From Octopus vulgaris (Eukaryota), in NCBI GenBank assembly GCA_951406725.2, contig OX597815.1, forward strand, positions 160,952,001 through 161,016,000: a stretch of DNA of 64,000 bases. Reading direction: 5' to 3'. The translations under genes were made by a program, and so were the position numbers. Positions 11,911 through 25,638 of the stretch are shown here, piece after piece. Each line of letters opens with the position of its first letter. Within the stretch, counting starts at the first letter, position 1. The notes below the pieces were generated by a model that worked only from the letters and a program-made list of their open reading frames with translations, was not told the DNA's origin and made no database searches.

Positions 11911-14900
11911 TTTGTTCTAACAGAACATCCAAGTTTAAGTGGAGCTAATCATTACCACTCAGTATTAACACTGCCTTGCTTGTTAATATATATTTTTTGA
12001 CATTCTTCAAATTATCATCATCATCATCATCACCACCACCATTGCAATACTCATTTGTAGAGATTTACTTCTATTTAACAATTGCAGCATGGAGGAATGC
12101 ATATTGGCCATTCAAAAATACCTGAAGAGTGTTAACTTTGAGTAAACATTTATTATTTATTGTTAAAATTTTTGTCACACTAACTGTGACGTGGTCACTG
12201 ATATAATTCCACTAAACCTGGAGTAGTGCAGCAAAAATTTAAACTCCAAAAATGATAAATGTTTAAGTGAAATTAGCAGCCTTTTATTTTTTGTCATTTA
12301 ACTACAACTATGCTGAAGCACCACCTTAAAGGGTTTCTATCGATGAAATCGACCCCAGAACTTATTCTTTGTAGCCTAGTACTTATTCTACTGGTCTCTT
12401 TTGCTGAACTGCTAAGTTACAGGGGATATAAACTCACCAACATTGGTTGCCAAGCAATAGTAGAGAGGGCAGACACAAAGACACACACACACACACACAA
12501 ATACATACATACATACTTACATGCATATATATATATATATTTATAAATACATGACAGGCTTCCTTCAGTTTTCATCTACCAAATCTCCTCACAAGGCTTT
12601 GATTGGCCCAAGGCTATTGCCCAAGGTGCCACACAGTGAGACTGAACCCAGAACCATATGGTTGCAAAGCAGGCTTCTCACCACACACCCACACCTGCAC
12701 CTCTTGTGTGTTTTTGAATGTCTGCTTTCCAAGTTGTAGTCATTTTAATTTCAACCCACAGTCTCAGATCGAATCACTTGCCAAGAAAGTACACCTCCAA
12801 AATACTTCAATATAATAAATTATATTAAAATACATCAAAGAAAAACTAACATTATAATTATGAAAAAAAAAAATTGTGGCTTATACAATATTAAGTAAAA
12901 TTGAATAATTAAAATGACATTCAAGAAAATACAGTTTTAAAATGTGTTTAGCTTTATCAGTAACAATCATATATTTGATTTAGGCATTGTCTGGAAAGTT
13001 AGAAACAAAGAATGCAGAACAAAATAAATTAACACACTTTTTAAGTACCTTTGATGCTAGTTTTTATAATCAATATATTTATTTACCCTCTTTAGTACTG
13101 TTATTATGGTGCCAATATTACAGAGTATTTAATAAGTCTCAGTTCCTGGCAGAATCGTTAGCATGTCGGGCTAAAATGCTTATCAGCATTTCATCCATCT
13201 TTAGATTCTGAGTTCAAATTCCACCAAGGTCAACTTTGCCTTTCATCCTTTCAGGGCTGATAAATACCAATTAAGCACTGGGGTTGTTGTAATTACTTAC
13301 CCCTTCTCTGAAATTGCTGGCCTTGTGCCAAAATTTGAAACCAATATTTAGAAAGACAAAAACCCCTCTCTAAATGAACCAAGTTTTTGTTTTATCATTT
13401 TGGTAAATTTTAAAATCACTAAATAAAGATTCCAATGTCACTTATTTCAGCTTATATTTTACCCTTTCTCAAAAGAAATTGAGCAAAGAAAAAAAATTGG
13501 TTCTTAAACATTTTGTGGTTAGAAAAAGAGGGTCAACTCCAGTAATTTTAGATTAAGGTCTAGGTTTGCGAGCTTTTTATTCAATTGAGATCACATTTTC
13601 AAATCTGTATATTCTAAGAACTTTTTCGTCATTAATCAAAGGAGTGTTTACAAAGAGCTTAAGGTTTAAATTTTTGGAAATGTAGCATCAGGGTTTCCAG
13701 AAATTAAACTGTGTTGTTATACTAACCACATCAATAAAAACAAAGCTAGTACTAAATGAGTGAATTACAAGGTTCATCATGTAATTTCTGAGATTGACTA
13801 TGAATCAACTGTAATTTGATCTAAAATGATGAGTAAAAACCTAGATCAAACATAGGAAGCTAGCATCCCTGCTTCACAATTAACAAAGTAAGTTAAGGAA
13901 AAATATTAACTTGGAAGATATGACTTCAAAAAGATTGACTTAATCTATAATCTTTCACATTTAACCACTTTATAGAAGCTTGGATAAAAGCCATTAGCAA
14001 CTTAATGAAATGTTTACAGTGGTAAACATTCATAAAAATGTTGAATTTAGTTTAATTTATTTGTCACAAGTTATACTGTGCTGACGATGCTAAAGAAGGA
14101 TGAAATGGCACATTACATGGGTACCAATGACTAGAACCTTTATGATCTTTATAATGTGTAGAAGCAAAATTATTAAATGTGTAAGCTCTGTACACCTTCT
14201 TTACTCTTTTATGTAAATCCCAAACTTTCAAATCTGCCTCAACTTAGATAAATCTAGAAGAGGTTGTCTCCCTTATAATAGTTTACCACTAGGGCATACC
14301 ATGTGTTACATAAGTAAATCATTTGATTAAATTTATATTAAACATTTCCATTTAGTTTCAGATTCAGATCTGATATTGAACCTGGTATTGAATCTGATAT
14401 ACTAGAATACTTGCTTTCTAAATTTAATGTGAAGAATGTTTTTTTTTTTTCCCCCAATGCTGAAGAAGACATTTGAGCTGCAAATCACTTTTTAACAAAA
14501 GGAAGCTACTAATTTATATCTTAGCTGGGAGGAAATAATTTACAATACATTTCAATTTCATTGGTTTGTGTTTACTGTTTCACATAAATTCAACTAAAGC
14601 ACAAAACAATGTTTTTTATTTATTTTTCCAATTTAAGTAATTATTAAAAGTTTTAATCTTTATTTTCTTTGAAACATTTAAATACATCGTGATTTAATAG
14701 ATCTCTTAAAATGTGATGCAATTTTTAAGTAATTTTAAAACTCAAACAATAAATAAATAAAAATTATAGCCTGTTTCAATTGTCTTCTTTCAAAAGATTT
14801 ATAGAATATAGCAAGAAATAAGGCAAAAATAATAAAATCAAATTGAATTAAATCAAATATAAAAAATTGAAGGCAAGTCAGGAATTTATGATAAAAACTA

Positions 14901-15133
14901 AAAATAAACCAAATGTTTGGAGTATTCTAAGAAGAGGAAAAACAACTGCTTTCTAATGTCTTTTAGAATGAAAATGGAAGTAGTAAATCCCTAGATATTT
15001 CTGTGTTGATTCTTAAGACTCACGGGGCCAGTTACACAGCTTCTATGGCATAAAAGTGACCAAAATCACATCATTCCTCTTGAATGAGATGCCAGTCCAT
15101 TGTTGGGTTACTCATTTACAGCTGAGTGAATTT

Positions 15134-15423
15134 CAGTCATGGCCAAAAGTTTGGAACATATGTCTAAAATATAGAATTTTTATATTAAATGCCTAAAGTT
15201 ATATCTCATTTAGAATTTTTATATTAATAGAATTTTTATATTAAATGCCTAAAGTTATATCTCATTTGCAATGTGTTATTACTTAGCCAAAAGTTTGGAA
15301 CCTAGTTCTGAAAATTAGAATTTTTATATTAAAAGCTCAAAGTTATATTTGGTTGGAGCATATATAGGGCATAACAATTTTAATTAAGCTAAAAAAATGT
15401 TCCTAACTTTTGACCACAATTAG
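15134..15423. mobile_element. Tc1-like MITE with internal tandem duplications, splitting a family-C SINE
   Basis: TIR CAGTCATGGCCAAAAGTTTGGAACA / TGTTCCTAACTTTTGACCACAA; internal repeats 'tagaatttttatattaaatgcctaaagttatatctcattt'; SINE sequence cagctgagtgaa..gagcaa continues on both sides. Confidence 0.7.
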
Positions 15424-17383
15424 TAGAGCAATGGGAAATGAACTGTTTTGCTCAATACTACAATGCATCACCTAGTCCAGGAATCAAAGCCACAATTTTG
15501 TGATTATGAGTGCAACACCTTATTAACTAGGTACAGAAGTAATGTCATTTGATTCCACTCTTCTGTTAAAGACATGTCTGGTCTCAAGAAATATTTCCTT
15601 GCTTGGAAATTAGAGTGTAGTGGTTGGTGACAGGAATGGCACCTGGCCATAGAAAACCTGTCTCAACAAATTCCATCTAACTCATGCAAGTATGGAAATT
15701 TGGATGTTGTATGACAATGATGACAACAACATCAATGATGATATTTCCTTTTTTCTTCTAAGAAACATGAGGCATGACCAGTTTCAGTTCTACCAAGAAT
15801 ACTAAAATGTTTGTAATCAATTTACCTCCAAATTTGCTTTCAACTGTTCCAACAAGCCACTACAAGTCAACCTTCATCTGCCATATTCATTCAACTTGTC
15901 AATTTTTTCATTTATTAACACCAATAAAATCTGTCATTTTTAATATGCTCCATTCATCACATCCTCCATTACAATGCTTCATAACATGGTAACTAATAAG
16001 GTGATAAAGAGACTCCGCACAGTCGCTTGACCTGCCAAAATCAGCCAAATCCCTTACAATGACTCTCTAATTGAGAAATGCAAACCTAGAACACGTGAAT
16101 GCACAGTGTCTCATTTTAAGTGTATGCACAAACACACAGACACATACACATGCACATGCATGCACACACACAAACACATGCACACAAAATGGGTTGAATG
16201 ACAATATTTCCTCTGAACTTCAACACTAATGAAAATATTCTAGTAGCAAAATCTGCAGATAATGTACTGGAAATGTATGTGCATATGTGTGTGTGTGTGT
16301 GTGTGTGTATGAAGGTGCATGACCTTGTGGTTAGAGTGTTGCACTCGTGATTATAAGATCATGGTTTCGATTCCCAGAGTGCCAGTGCTTGCGTTCCTGA
16401 TCAAGAGTTATCATGTTGCTCCAGTCAACTCTGCTGTGAATGGGTAACCCTATAATGGAATGACATTCTGTACAGGAGGAATGTTGGCCTGCCAACCTAA
16501 CCAAGAGGGTGTGGGGTCATTTGAAAGCTACAACAATGAAAGGAAGTGCATTGTGATCAGCAGTGTATAACAACATCAAATAGTCTGGTCAACACAGTAA
16601 TACATGTATATGGATATAGGTGTTGCTGGGGAGTAAGAAGTTTGCACAAGGCCTAACATTTGGAGGGTGGGGATCAGTCGATTACATTGACCCCAGTGTT
16701 TCATTAGTACTTAATTTATCGACCCCTTTTGGATGAAAGGCAAAGTGGAATTTGAACTCAGAACATAAAGAAAGATAGAATTCCGCTAAGCCTTTTGCTC
16801 GGCATGCTAACATATTCTGCCAGTTTGGAACCTTAAAAAATGATAATAATACTAATACTACTACCACTAATAATAATAATAAATAAATAGTAATAATAAA
16901 AAATTTACATAGAATTAGATTTAACTAGGAAAAAAGCAGTTGTACTCATGTAGTTTTTATAATGAAGTATCAACACTACAACAAAGCAATTGAGTCTGAG
17001 ATAAAATTTTTGAAGAAATTTTCTAACAAGCATGTTAAATAAGTTGATGCAACTTCTTATGTCTGATGGAAAAATTAGTTCTGTTTCATTGCCACTAAAA
17101 TTGGTTCTTTTAGATTTATTTTTTTATTTTCATGTTTTTCTTTTTTTCCACTTGTTTGTTTCCATTATTTTCCTGCATGCTTGATTTCATTCATTAAATC
17201 ACCACCTCATATTCAGCATCTCTATAACTGCAAGGTCACTGGTAGATTTGATTAGCAGAATAGAGTAGAGATCCTGATGTATATGTATTATGTGTTGCAT
17301 ATATTATAGGTTGCATTGTTACAACTTCAGTCAATGTATGTATACAAATATATGTGTGTGTGTATGCAAATATATATATTTGT

Positions 17384-17414
<31 letters not shown>

Positions 17415-20400
17415 ATTGTACTTGTTGTAATTCTAGCTAACATCTAATTGTTGAATGATTTATTCTAAAGACGGTCAATCTTTATTATGAAAGTGGAAGA
17501 CATCAGTGCAGCCATGCAATTGCTTTAATGGAGAATACAATAAAAGGTTTTAAATGAAAGTTTCAGATTAAGAATTTGAATTAATACACACATTCACACC
17601 ATCATATGCACAAACACACACTGACTTATATATGCATGCCCACACAAACACATACACACTCATAGAGAAAAGATTAGGTTACATGAGAGTAATGTAAACT
17701 AATGTGTTATAGGATTTTTCATTTCATTCCAAACTAAAATTAATATAGAAAAAAAAAAATGCAAATAGCAATTAAGTAGCAATTAGTGAGTAGAAATCTA
17801 CTTTGGTTATTTTAGAATCATATTTTTTTCTTTTTAATTTTTTTTTTTTTGAAAATTTAATTATTTGTTATACATGCAGAAACATTTCAAGTTATCACAT
17901 TGTTGGGATAAACAAGAAATGGTGGAAATAATTGTGATTAATGAGAATAATATATCAAATGTACAGTAAACTCAATTTACTTGTAAATTCTGTAGTGTTC
18001 GAATAACTTACAATTACATCAAGTTTTCTTCAATACTTTATTTTATAACAGTTAAGGTCATAGCAATGTCATGTAGATATGTCTCTTGGAATTATATTTT
18101 ACTTGCTTCGTAATTCCAGCATTTTTTATTTTTTTCCTCATAATATATATCTATTACATACAATAAATTTGGTAGAATTTTTATGTATAGCTTAATGTCT
18201 CATTATACAATTTCTAATTTACCTTTTATAGATCGTTGCAGATATTGCTTTTCAGTGGAGCAGAAAAATAAATGTATATGAGTAAAGAGAAACTAGTTCT
18301 AATGTCATAGCTTTGAACTTTCTTTTCTTTTTTTTTTTTTCTTTTTGTTTGTAAAAAGTTGATGTTAAATCTGATCATGATATTAATTATCAGTATTTTA
18401 ATATTATCATGAGGAGAGTTGCTGCTGAAAAAAAAAAATCGATGTGTGATGACTTACTAATCAAAGAATAAGCAGTTTGCATAGTCACCAAAGTGACAGT
18501 GTATCTACAGTAAAGACACTTAGCTCAAAATAGTTCAGTTACTCAAGTTATTTTTAAGCATAGATACACTGTTTACTCATGTGGGTAATAGGGACATTGT
18601 ATATGTTGATGGTTGTTGTGGTGGCAATCATCATTATCATCATCATCATCATCATTATCATCTTTGTATCAGTCTTCCTGTGCTTGCATGGGATGGACTG
18701 CTCTTTTTCAACCCAGCATCATTACACTTGTTGCTGTCTTTTTGTCATCCTCTTTAAGATTTGCTTGGCTCTCACTAACCTTCTATTCACACCTGTTTCC
18801 TGTCAGAAGCTGTCTTCTGATCAAAGAATGCTAGGTTCTTTCTAGCTTGCTCTAAGCTAAGAACACTCATTATCTCACTAGCTATAGCATTGATAATACT
18901 CTGTCCTAATACAAACCTGAACTGCATTTCATATAAGTAGCTTATTTTCTTCCTAAATCTTAAATACTTTGAGTACTTTCTCAGTGTATATTTCCCAATC
19001 TTTTCATAAACTAGAGATATTGATGAAAAAAATAGGGTTATTTCAGTATGGTTTTCATTATTAGTATTGTGCAAAAAATTGCTTTATACTGACAGGAAAA
19101 TCTGAGACAAAGAAAGACCAGTAAACACTTGGAAAGAAGTGATGAGGACAAACCTCAGACTGTTTGATAAGAAGATAAAGGACATAATATTGTTGTATGG
19201 TAGATTTTTACCAGTATAGGAAAACGAATGTTAATATGGTGATGATGAACATGATGCCAGTTGCATGCTGGCAGAATCGTAAGCATGTCGGACAAAATGC
19301 TTTGTGGTATTTTGCCTATCTTTACATTCTGAGCTCAAATTCTATCGAGGTTGACTTTACCTTTCATCCTTTCAGGGTCAATTAAATAAGTACCAGTTAA
19401 GTACTGGAGTCAATGTAATCGATTTACCCCCTCCCTGAAATTGCTGGCTTTGTGCCAAAATTTGAAACCAATATAGTGATGATGAAGATAATTGTTGTTG
19501 TTGCAGTAGATCTTATCAGGTGTTAGTTAGTATGTGAGATTATTTCTGACATCTCAGACTGAACTGGTTAGAACACCCACGAATCCTTGACTCTATGGAA
19601 CATTAACCATCCAAGAGGACAGCAATGCAGACAGTAGCACAGAATGTAGAGTCAGAAGGGTATTTAGGAGTCATGACCTGGATGTGGCTTGGCCTGCTTA
19701 GAGTGTAAGAGTCAAGGGTTGAAACATTTTCATAAGGTTTCTGAAGACCTTCTGCAGTTCAGCTCTCCCTTGAGTTTCTTACTATTTCTCATGACTTCTT
19801 AATGGTTTTTGCAAATAATACTTTTGCAAGGCAATTCACATGCTTCTCTTGTGTTGTTGTCATTGTTTATTCCAAAGCCAGTTCTGAGCAATCAGATCTA
19901 TGAATAAAGGCTCTGCAACAATGAAAGCCCCTTCTTGTTGGCAGGAATATTGTATCTCAGACTATACTATTCAATGTACATTTTAATTTTTTTAAAGTAA
20001 TGCTGTTATTTATAGTAGGCTATTTGACCACACAGAACAGTCATTGGCAACATGTAGCCCACAGGACTTACTGAATTACATGCCTAAATGAAAATTTAAC
20101 TTGGAATTTTGTTAGTAGTGTGGCTCACATGATGAAAAGCCATGTCTCACATAGCCTGCTTCTTGGAAAAGGTTGCCTATGCTTAACATTGAAGGTTATT
20201 TGTTAGTCTGTCTATCTTATGTAAACAGCAGAAGTTTGTATCCAGAGTTGAGTTAGAACTAATGGAAAATAGTAACTATAAATCAGATTTATACAGATGT
20301 TAGTACAAGATGGATATCAGTAAGATAAAAGACAATCTAGTTAGATACCAGGAGATGGAAGTACAGATGCTAATTTCCAGTAAGGCACTAAAGATAATAA

Positions 20401-21075
20401 GCCTTTTATTCAAGAATAAAGAGCTTTATTCCTACTTTGTTGTAACAGAAAACTGCTTGAAACTGATATATTTATGTAGCATTGAAGTAAAAACTCCAAT
20501 GTTATTCTTGGTATCTCACTTGCTGTGAACCAATGGCCCACTGGAAATCTGTGCTTAACACTGCTGAACATAAATTATCATATGAAATGAATGCAATAAA
20601 CCAATAAAGCTGGCGTGGATGTGTGGTTATAGGTATAGATAAATCTGTGTATTCAAGAACCTCGAGTTGCAAAAAAGGGGGTTTCAGGTTCAGCCCCACT
20701 GTGTAGAACTTTAGTAAATGGCTTTTCCTATTGCTCCAGGCTGACCAAAACCTTGTGAGTGAATTTGGTAGATGGTAATTATGTGGAAGCACATTTCATA
20801 TACATACGTGTGTGCTTTGTGTATGTGTATGTCTTTGCCCCCACTCTAATGCTTGTCTACCAATATGGGTTTGTTTATGTCCCCATAACTTAGTGGTTTG
20901 GCAAAGGACACTAATAGAATAAGTACCAGAATTTAAAAAGAAACAAATAAGTACTGAGGTTGATTTGCTGCTCTAAAACCCTTCAAGTTGGTGCCCCAGC
21001 ATAGCTGTAGTCCAATGACTGGAGCAAGCAAAAGATAAAGAAAATCGATTCCAGTCCTCTTCTGGTAGGTGCTAT

Positions 21076-21305
21076 TTTGTTGTTGTTGTTGGCATCCTTT
21101 TTGTCTCGGGAGACAATGGAGTTGTGCATAAAATAATCTAATCTGGCTTTTACATTTCATGTCCTAATACATCTCCTGCTGTGGCTGTGTAGTCCTATCC
21201 TGGACAAACACTCCCTCTGGCAGGTGTCGCAAATGTAGCGAAGACTTTTCTTGGCTTGTTGTAATGTCATAGTTTCTTGTTGACATCTTTTCTTCTCTTT
21301 CCACT

Positions 21306-21344
<39 letters not shown>

Positions 21345-21425
21345 GAAGGTCTGCAACATCAATATTAGCAACTGGGAAGCAATTGCCAGCAGCCGTGGAG
21401 ATTGGCGACATATCGTAAAAGAGGA
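21076..21425 (-). mobile_element. 5'-truncated, 5'-inverted RTE-clade LINE with 10-bp TSD
   Basis: Minus strand: EEKWKEKKR..YICDTCQRECLSRIGLHSHSRRC plus tail ccattgtctcccgagac..ggatgcc(aac)n; plus strand 21342-21425: MKVCNINISNWEAIASSRGDWRHIVKE; TSD TAGGTGCTAT at 21066-21075 and 21426-21435. Confidence 0.85.
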
Positions 21426-22375
21426 TAGGTGCTATAGTTAAAGAAATTTTCAATAAACTGCTCTTAGAGAAAAAAAATGAAAAACTACTATTACAGATCT
21501 CTTTGTTTTTTAATTAATTTTTATGAAAATATGAAGCTTGAACAATACAAAACATCAATACATATACATAGAAAAGGTGTGGCTGTGTGGTAAGATATTT
21601 GCTTCCCAACCACATGGTTCTTGAGCAAGTGTCTTCCATTATAGCTCTGAGCCAACCGAAATCTTTTAAGTAGATTTGGTAGACAGAAATTGAAAGAAAT
21701 CCATTGTGTATATATGTGTGTGTGTGTGTGCATGTGTCTTCTTGTCTTTACTTTACATGATGTAAATGATTGCCACTGTCATACAAGCAGTGTCATTCAT
21801 TTCCAGTATTCTGCAAAAAAAAAGGAAAAAATAGAAATGTCTGGACACGAGGAAATATTACCCTACTTGGAAACAGGTGAAGGCTGGTGATGACAAGAAT
21901 GGCATCTAGCCATAAAAAATCTGCCTCAGTATCCTCCATCTGATCCATGCAAGCATAGAAAAGTAGCAGTTAAAATGACGATGAGGACATATTTACATGT
22001 GCACACATATGTGCACATAGCAAATACACATAAAGTATTACTTATGTGTTTTAGTCATAATCTTTGGAGAAATTCACAACAATAAATATGCTTACAAAGT
22101 AACTAATATGTCTATATATCATCAGTAGAAACTTATGACTTTCGATGTAAACATTTTTTTCCTCACCTTTCTTGTTGTATTTGACAAGCTATGCTATTTC
22201 AAATATTCCTCTAAATAATTAAACACCTGAGAACTTAAAACTGTAACATCAAATGTCTTTGTTGCCACTGTCTGTCACAGAATAAACTTTTACCAATTCA
22301 AAAATATTAGTTTCTGACTTAGGTATAAGGCCATAAATTATGGGAGGGGAAATATTTATATTAACTTCAGTACCA

Positions 22376-22411
22376 TTATATTGTATCCATTAAAAAATGG
22401 ATACAATATAA
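22376..22411. repeat. Perfect 16-bp hairpin with 4-nt loop
   Basis: TTATATTGTATCCATT-AAAA-AATGGATACAATATAA. Confidence 0.9.
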
Positions 22412-23952
22412 AAGTATGTATTTTTATACTTTATAGAGTTTGTTTTTAGCCATTAACTCTAATCAAATGTAATAATGCAATTAGTAATTATCATTTTGAT
22501 AGAGTAATAAAAGCAAACTTTAAAACTAGCTCAATTATTACTCAGTGTAAAGTCATAAAACTATGAACGGTACAATAAAATCTCAAAATGCTTGAATACA
22601 TCCACATATTCATACTTGTACTACATATATATGCATGTAAGCAACTAGAGTGCATAATGTATTACCAGCATCATTTTTTGAATAAATCTGTATTTGAAGA
22701 AACACAAATCAATAGATAGGGTAAATGGTAAAGACCCCCTTCAGTATTGAATGACCATGGGATTGCACCTAGAAAGTTACCTTCTGAGGCACAAGTCTGG
22801 GCAAGATTATCTATGGAAGACCAGCAGTCGCCCATGCATATCAGCCTCTTCTTTCCATGCCACCGATGTTATCCAAGAGAAAGGCAAAGGCCAACACAGC
22901 TTGGCACTAGTGATGCTGCAATACATTTCAACTGCTGAGTGAACTGGAGCAATGTGAAATAAAATGTCTTGCTCAAGAACTCAATACACAACCCGGTCTA
23001 GGAATCAAACTCACTATCTCATGACTGAGAGCCAAACACTCTAACCACTGAGCCATGCACCTTCACAACCCTTACAAATTTACATTAACATACATATGTC
23101 ACGTTTATTGAATTCTGACATAGCTTAATCACTTAAGCTGCCTGAAACTGCATCTGATTCTATGAGACACATTCACTATTTTAAAATAATCTTAATTAAA
23201 ACCTTCTATCAAAACTTCATGCTAGTTTATGTTCCAAGCAAGGCAGCAAGCTGGCAGAGTTGTTGGCATGCTGAACAAACTGCTTAGTGGTATTTCATCC
23301 ATCTTAACGTCCTGAGTTCAAATTCTACCAATGCTGACTTTGCCTTTCATTCCTTTAGGTTCAATAAAATAGTACCAGTTGAACACTGGGGTCAATGTAA
23401 TCATCTTATCCCTTCCCACGAAATTGATGACCCTGTGCTAAAATTTTAAGTCAATTTATGTTCCAAGCACCAGTTTAATAACAACGAAAAGTTTTATTAA
23501 ATTCTTCTTTATTTTCATATTGTATTTTCTAGCATACAAGTTGATGTAGTATATAATGTAAATATGTAGTGTAGACATTGAAACATTGACACTATCTTAT
23601 CAAATCCTATTAAATTTTACATAAAACTTTTAGTCCTCCAAAGTTATTTTGGTCTATAAGTTAACCTACTTCTTTTAGGTGTAAATTTTGGTCAGGAAAA
23701 TTTAGTTTGTGTGCTGGAAAATATGGTAATTAATTGAAACGAACAAAGAGTATTTCAAAAGAAATACCATAATGAATGAGTTAAATCACATTCACCCATT
23801 TCCAGCTGTATGGTTAAGAAGTTCACTTTGTCATTTTTATAGTTCCTAGCTTGATGTCATTGCATAGGGCAGTGGACAAAGGACTTTTACTTACCATAAT
23901 CTTGGATTGGTCAGAATGAAATCATTTAGTGAGCAGAAATTTGGTAGACAGA

Positions 23953-24187
23953 AGGCAACGAGCTGGCAGGAACGTTAGCATGCTGGACGAAATGCTTAGC
24001 GGTATTTTGTCTGCCATTATGTTCTGAGTTCAAATTCCGCCGAGGTCGACTTTGCCTTTCATCCTTTTGGGGTCGATAAATTAAGTACCAGTTACGCACT
24101 GGGGTCGATGTAATCGACTTAATTCCTTTGTCTGTCCTTGTTTGTCCCCTCTATGTTTAGCCCCTTGTGAACAATAAAGAAATAAGA
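23953..24187 (+). mobile_element. tRNA-derived SINE, family A (young representative; more than 25 copies or fragments in the window)
   Basis: gagctggcag..gttagca..aaatgcttagc..gagttcaaattcc..gactttgcctttcatcctttt.ggggtcgataaa.taagtaccag; other copies e.g. 1646-1865, 4298-4510, 5296-5510, 8252-8468, 13140-13345, 16645-16830(-), 19262-19475, 30665-30880, 31086-31298, 44466-44700, 55610-55825. Confidence 0.88.
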
Positions 24188-24649
24188 AAATTGATAGACA
24201 GAAATTGTGTGGAAGCTCATTGTATGTGTGTGTGTGTGTGAACACATGGGTGCATAATAAGGGGGAGAAAACAGAATTTGATTACCAAAAGTAGAGTAAA
24301 ATATTCATTTAGTGAAGCTGTAAAACACTTCACAAACTTTTACTTTCCATGTAATCGATTATGAGACAGCCAGCTGTTTGATGATGAGTTGCATGAAATA
24401 TGATTTGCTGTGAGAAGTTTACTTGCCATAAGTTTGAGTGCTGTTAGAAAGTGCTTGTAACCTGAGCTCATCATTCACTATTAAAGAAAAAATCTAGAAT
24501 CTGCCACTCTCACTATAATCATCATCTTCAGCTTCTTCTTCGCAATTCTCCAAATAATAGAATATATAGAAGCATAGCATCATTTTCTATCCCAGAATTT
24601 ACAAGTCAACCTTCTTTGTAGCCACTGGTTTCCATGGCCTTCTGTAAGC

Positions 24650-24888
24650 CAATAGTTCTCAACTGGGGTCCATATGACCATTCAGGGTCCATTTAAGATT
24701 TTGTTAAAATTTATCTGCAATACACTTGTACAATACACAAAATATTTTAATAATATTTTTATACAATACCTAATAATATCTAATTATAAAAATATAACAT
24801 TTTTTCAACATCAAATGGCCAGGAGGGTCCATCTGAGTAAAATAAGAACAAAAGAGATCCATAGGAAAAATATGATTGAGAACCACTG
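24650..24888. mobile_element. hAT-like MITE (second family)
   Basis: Ends CAATAGTTCTCAAC / ATTGAGAACCACTG; degenerate 8-bp TSD ctgtaagc/atgtaatc. Confidence 0.65.
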
Positions 24889-25558
24889 ATGTAATCATTG
24901 GCTCAATATTTTTATTAATGTTCTGACATTTTGGGCAGGTCCCGTCTTCGAAGAAGTGAGAAAAATTTTTTCAAAGAAGAGCCTTACCCCAAATATTGGT
25001 AGCTACCTCTCCTCACAATTGATATATCTGTCTTGTTTAATAAATTTTAATAAATGTTTTTGTTAATTTAAATCATAATTAGCTTGGTCATATACTCTTT
25101 GCTTTATTTTTTTCATCTTTGATTTTAACTTGGATCTTGATTTGGAACAATTTTTGCTAAATAAAACTAAGTATTTTTATATGTATATAGTTGATTACAT
25201 AGTATGGGTTATAGTGACAAGTACATTTAATAACACTCTATGATAACGATATTAATTGAAACATAAGTATATTTTCTATGAATCCAGTTTTCTGTCACAG
25301 AAGAAAGGACTTTTAATGCATTGCTAAATATTCCAAAATGATTAATCATTAGTTAATTACTGGATACTTCTTAACTGCTCAATATTCATACGTTATATCC
25401 AATATATCTAGGATCAATGTCTGTATTCAAATTATTGATGATTATCTGCTTTTGCTGACCTTTATAATGGTTGAGTGAACACACATCACATTAGCTCAGT
25501 CAATAAACCATCAGACTGGAAAGCTGTTTTGAAATTACAAGGCTCTATTCTGTTGGCA

Positions 25559-25638
25559 TATGTACGTACGTATGTATGTATGTATGTATGTATGTATGTA
25601 TGTATGTATGTATGTATGTATATATGTATGTATGTATG
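25559..25638. repeat. (TATG)n microsatellite
   Basis: Directly visible. Confidence 0.95.

Noticed and set aside
14077-14112. TGTG-CTGACGA...GAAA...CACA hammerhead candidate
   Set aside because: Stem II is mismatched and there is no stem III or UH site; could be chance
24968-25035. 'caaagaagagccttaccccaaatat...aataaa' resembling the 50666 motif
   Set aside because: Core and stem II too degenerate to support
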